64,000 nt of DNA from Candidatus Velthaea sp. (GTDB taxonomy: Bacteria > Vulcanimicrobiota > Vulcanimicrobiia > Vulcanimicrobiales > Vulcanimicrobiaceae): the NCBI GenBank assembly GCA_965214935.1, contig CBDCCS010000022.1, positions 160,001 to 224,000 on the forward strand. Reading direction: 5' to 3'. Shown piece by piece: positions 61,933 through 64,000 of this stretch. The notes under the pieces were generated by a model. It was not told the origin of the DNA and did not search any database. It saw only the letters and a list, made by a program, of their open reading frames with translations. How positions within the stretch are numbered: position 1 is the stretch's first letter; each line of letters begins with the position of its first letter. Both the position numbers and the translations under genes were made by a program.

Positions 61933-62193
61933 TTAGGCGACGCGGCGACCGGAAATCGCCCGCAGAATAAACAGCAAGATGACGGCGCCGACAAACGCTA
62001 CGAGAATGCTGTAAAGATCGAGACCGTTTACACCAACGTGCCCGAATGCATTAAAAACAAAGCCGCCGATGAACGCGCCGACGATCCCGATGATGATGTC
62101 GCCGATGATCCCACCCGGGCCCTCGCCGGGAACGGCATACTTTGCAAGAAATCCGGCGATGAGGCCGACGAGAATCCAACTCAAAATACCCAC
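61933..62193 (-). CDS. GlsB/YeaQ/YmgE stress-response membrane protein
   Basis: GILSWILVGLIAG.LAK..PG..GIVGAFIGG..AFVGAVILL; AAGGAG before GTG 62193. Confidence 0.93.
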   Translation of the reverse strand: MGILSWILVGLIAGFLAKYAVPGEGPGGIIGDIIIGIVGAFIGGFVFNAFGHVGVNGLDLYSILVAFVGAVILLFILRAISGRRVA

Positions 62194-62309
62194 GCGCAAG
62201 TCTCCTTCGTTCATTGGTAGCAGAAAGCGCACCCGATGTCGGCATGGTGCCCGAGCGGTCGGCAAACGAAACCTGCCGACGTTCTCGCACGGAAGTACGT
62301 TTACAGCCT

Positions 62310-63035
62310 ATGCGTGGAACGATGGTAACGGCTGCCTTAACGATGATCATGACGGCACTGTCGCCGCCGGTTGACGCGGCTCCAACCGCGACGATCGAAG
62401 CCACGCCGGCGACTCTGAGTGTTACGGGTTACGGAGAAATCGCGCGCGCACCGGATCTCGCAACGGTCGGAGTCGCGATTATTACCGCCGATGACGGCAA
62501 CCCGCGTTCGCTATCACAAAATAACGCGCGTTTTGCGGCGTTGGTAACGAAGCTGTCCGCGCTCGGCATCGCTGCAGGCGACGTGCAGTCTGCGTCGATC
62601 GCTTCGTACTTTAATCCGCGGCCGACGTCAGGTGCCGAGGCGCGAAATCTCTATGGTTACATCGTCACGCGCAACGTTCAGATTGTCGTGCGCGAGCTCT
62701 CGCTTACCGGCAAAGTGGTCGATGCGGCAAGCGCTGTGGGCGGCGGACAAATCAACGGCGTGTCGTATGGTTTTCGCGACCGCCCTGCACTCGAACGCGT
62801 TGCACTTGCAGCAGCGGTGACCGATGCTTACGCGCAAGCGCAGACGATCGCCACCGCCGCGCACGTGCGCATCGTCCGCATTTTAACGATCGGTTACGAT
62901 AACGGCGCCCCGATCCGGTTGCACGCCGAAACCGCCGCACTTTCTCGGACCGCCGCCGAACCCGTCCCGACCACGATCGAACCGACCGATCAGGCAATTA
63001 GCCGTTCGATCGCGATAACATACGTCGTCCGCTAG
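62310..63035 (+). CDS. SIMPL domain (YggE/BP26-like) periplasmic protein
   Basis: Signal peptide; LSVTGYGE..APDLATV, GY..TRNV, ALAAAV.DA.AQA..IA. Confidence 0.88.
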   Translation: MRGTMVTAALTMIMTALSPPVDAAPTATIEATPATLSVTGYGEIARAPDLATVGVAIITADDGNPRSLSQNNARFAALVTKLSALGIAAGDVQSASIASYFNPRPTSGAEARNLYGYIVTRNVQIVVRELSLTGKVVDAASAVGGGQINGVSYGFRDRPALERVALAAAVTDAYAQAQTIATAAHVRIVRILTIGYDNGAPIRLHAETAALSRTAAEPVPTTIEPTDQAISRSIAITYVVR

Positions 63036-63111
63036 CCGCCGCGAACCGACGCTGCGCGCCGGGTCGAGGTGAGAACGAAACCACTCGACCGTCAGATGGG
63101 TAGCCGAAACT

Positions 63112-64000
63112 GTGATAGTCGAGACGTGTGAAGTTTGCCGCGAGCGGCCGGCGAGCGTTCGTGATTATGCGCTGCGCGCGGGAAAATGGACCGATGCGGC
63201 CGTTTGCGAGGACTGCGCGCGTCGGCGCCGGCGCGCAATCATTCCGTATGTCGGCGCCGCCGTCTCGGCCGCGACACTTTTTGCCGGCGCCGTGCTTGCA
63301 ATCGAACGTTTCGGCCGGCGCGACGGCGGCGACGGCGCGCCGCCGAACCAAGCCGGCGAACAGATCGGGCGTTTCCTTCGCGGAGCGACCGGGACGACAC
63401 TGGGACAGTATTCACGCGATCTCACGGCGGCCGCCAAAGCCGGCGAACTCGATCCGGTCATCGGTCGCGAACCCGAAGTCGAACGCGTCGTATCCATTTT
63501 AGCTCGGCGCAGTAAGAACAATCCGGTCCTTATCGGCGAACCGGGTGTCGGCAAGACGGCTATTGTCGAAGGCCTCGCGCAGCGCATCGCCAGCGGCGAC
63601 GTCCCGGCGGCATTGCGCGATAAACGCGTTCTATCGCTATCGCTGGGGCCGCTCGTCGCCGGAACGAAATATCGCGGCGAATTCGAGGGCCGCGTCAAGC
63701 GCATCCTCGATGAAGTCAAGCGCGCCGCGCGCGATATCATCCTTTTCATCGATGAACTGCATACGCTTGTCGGAGCGGGGGCCGCCGAAGGTTCACTCGA
63801 TCTTTCCTCGATGATCAAACCGGAGCTTGCGCGCGGCGAATTGCAATGCATCGGCGCGACGACCTTCGATGAATATCGCAAATATATTGAAGCCGACGCG
63901 GCGCTCGAACGGCGTTTTCAGCCGGTCACCGTCGCTGAGCCGACCGTCGATCAAACGATCGAGATCCTCCGCGGACTGCGCCCGAAATACGCCGGCCATC
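63112..64000 (+). CDS. Clp/Hsp100 AAA+ ATPase with N-terminal zinc finger (ClpE/ClpC-like), truncated by the window
   Basis: Hand translation from GTG 63112: CEVC..CEDC, then [70 protein letters not shown]. Confidence 0.93.
   Translation, partial: MIVETCEVCRERPASVRDYALRAGKWTDAAVCEDCARRRRRAIIPYVGAAVSAATLFAGAVLAIERFGRRDGGDGAPPNQAGEQIGRFLRGATGTTLGQYSRDLTAAAKAGELDPVIGREPEVERVVSILARRSKNNPVLIGEPGVGKTAIVEGLAQRIASGDVPAALRDKRVLSLSLGPLVAGTKYRGEFEGRVKRILDEVKRAARDIILFIDELHTLVGAGAAEGSLDLSSMIKPELARGELQCIGATTFDEYRKYIEADAALERRFQPVTVAEPTVDQTIEILRGLRPKYAGH

Overview
GC-rich bacterial chromosomal window, mostly housekeeping genes with a few accessory patches. The style of the secreted and lipoprotein hypotheticals suggests Vulcanimicrobiota/Eremiobacterota, but this is inference only. 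Core content: a RpiR regulator, accD-accA, hrcA-dnaJ with a variant CIRCE, rsmE, acs-bluB, a DesK/DesR two-component system with its ABC exporter, DinG, rhomboid, a DtxR-type regulator, add, tRNA-fMet, ppx-phoB-phoR-pstSCAB, a TelA/YbjQ cluster, MFS transporters, msrA and the 5' part of a Clp ATPase. Most notable observations: (1) a ~0.8 kb integrase-less islet at the tRNA-fMet 3' end, bounded by a 16-bp direct repeat, with inner inverted ends and one GNAT gene; (2) a tightly coupled methyltransferase / FAD oxidoreductase / SRPBCC / ketosynthase / ABC exporter / AttH-lipocalin cluster that looks like an uncharacterised lipid or polyketide pathway; (3) that cluster is split by a Pseudomonas Che2-like cheY-cheA-cheW-aer2-cheD module lacking cheR and cheB, whose Aer2 PAS domain has lost the heme histidines; (4) three genes whose conserved N-termini can only be reached from ACG or CTG codons at the upstream stop; (5) a zinc-finger Clp ATPase with a possible membrane anchor. 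No CRISPR array, transposase, integrase or rRNA was seen. All family assignments come from motif recognition by eye; no searches were run.
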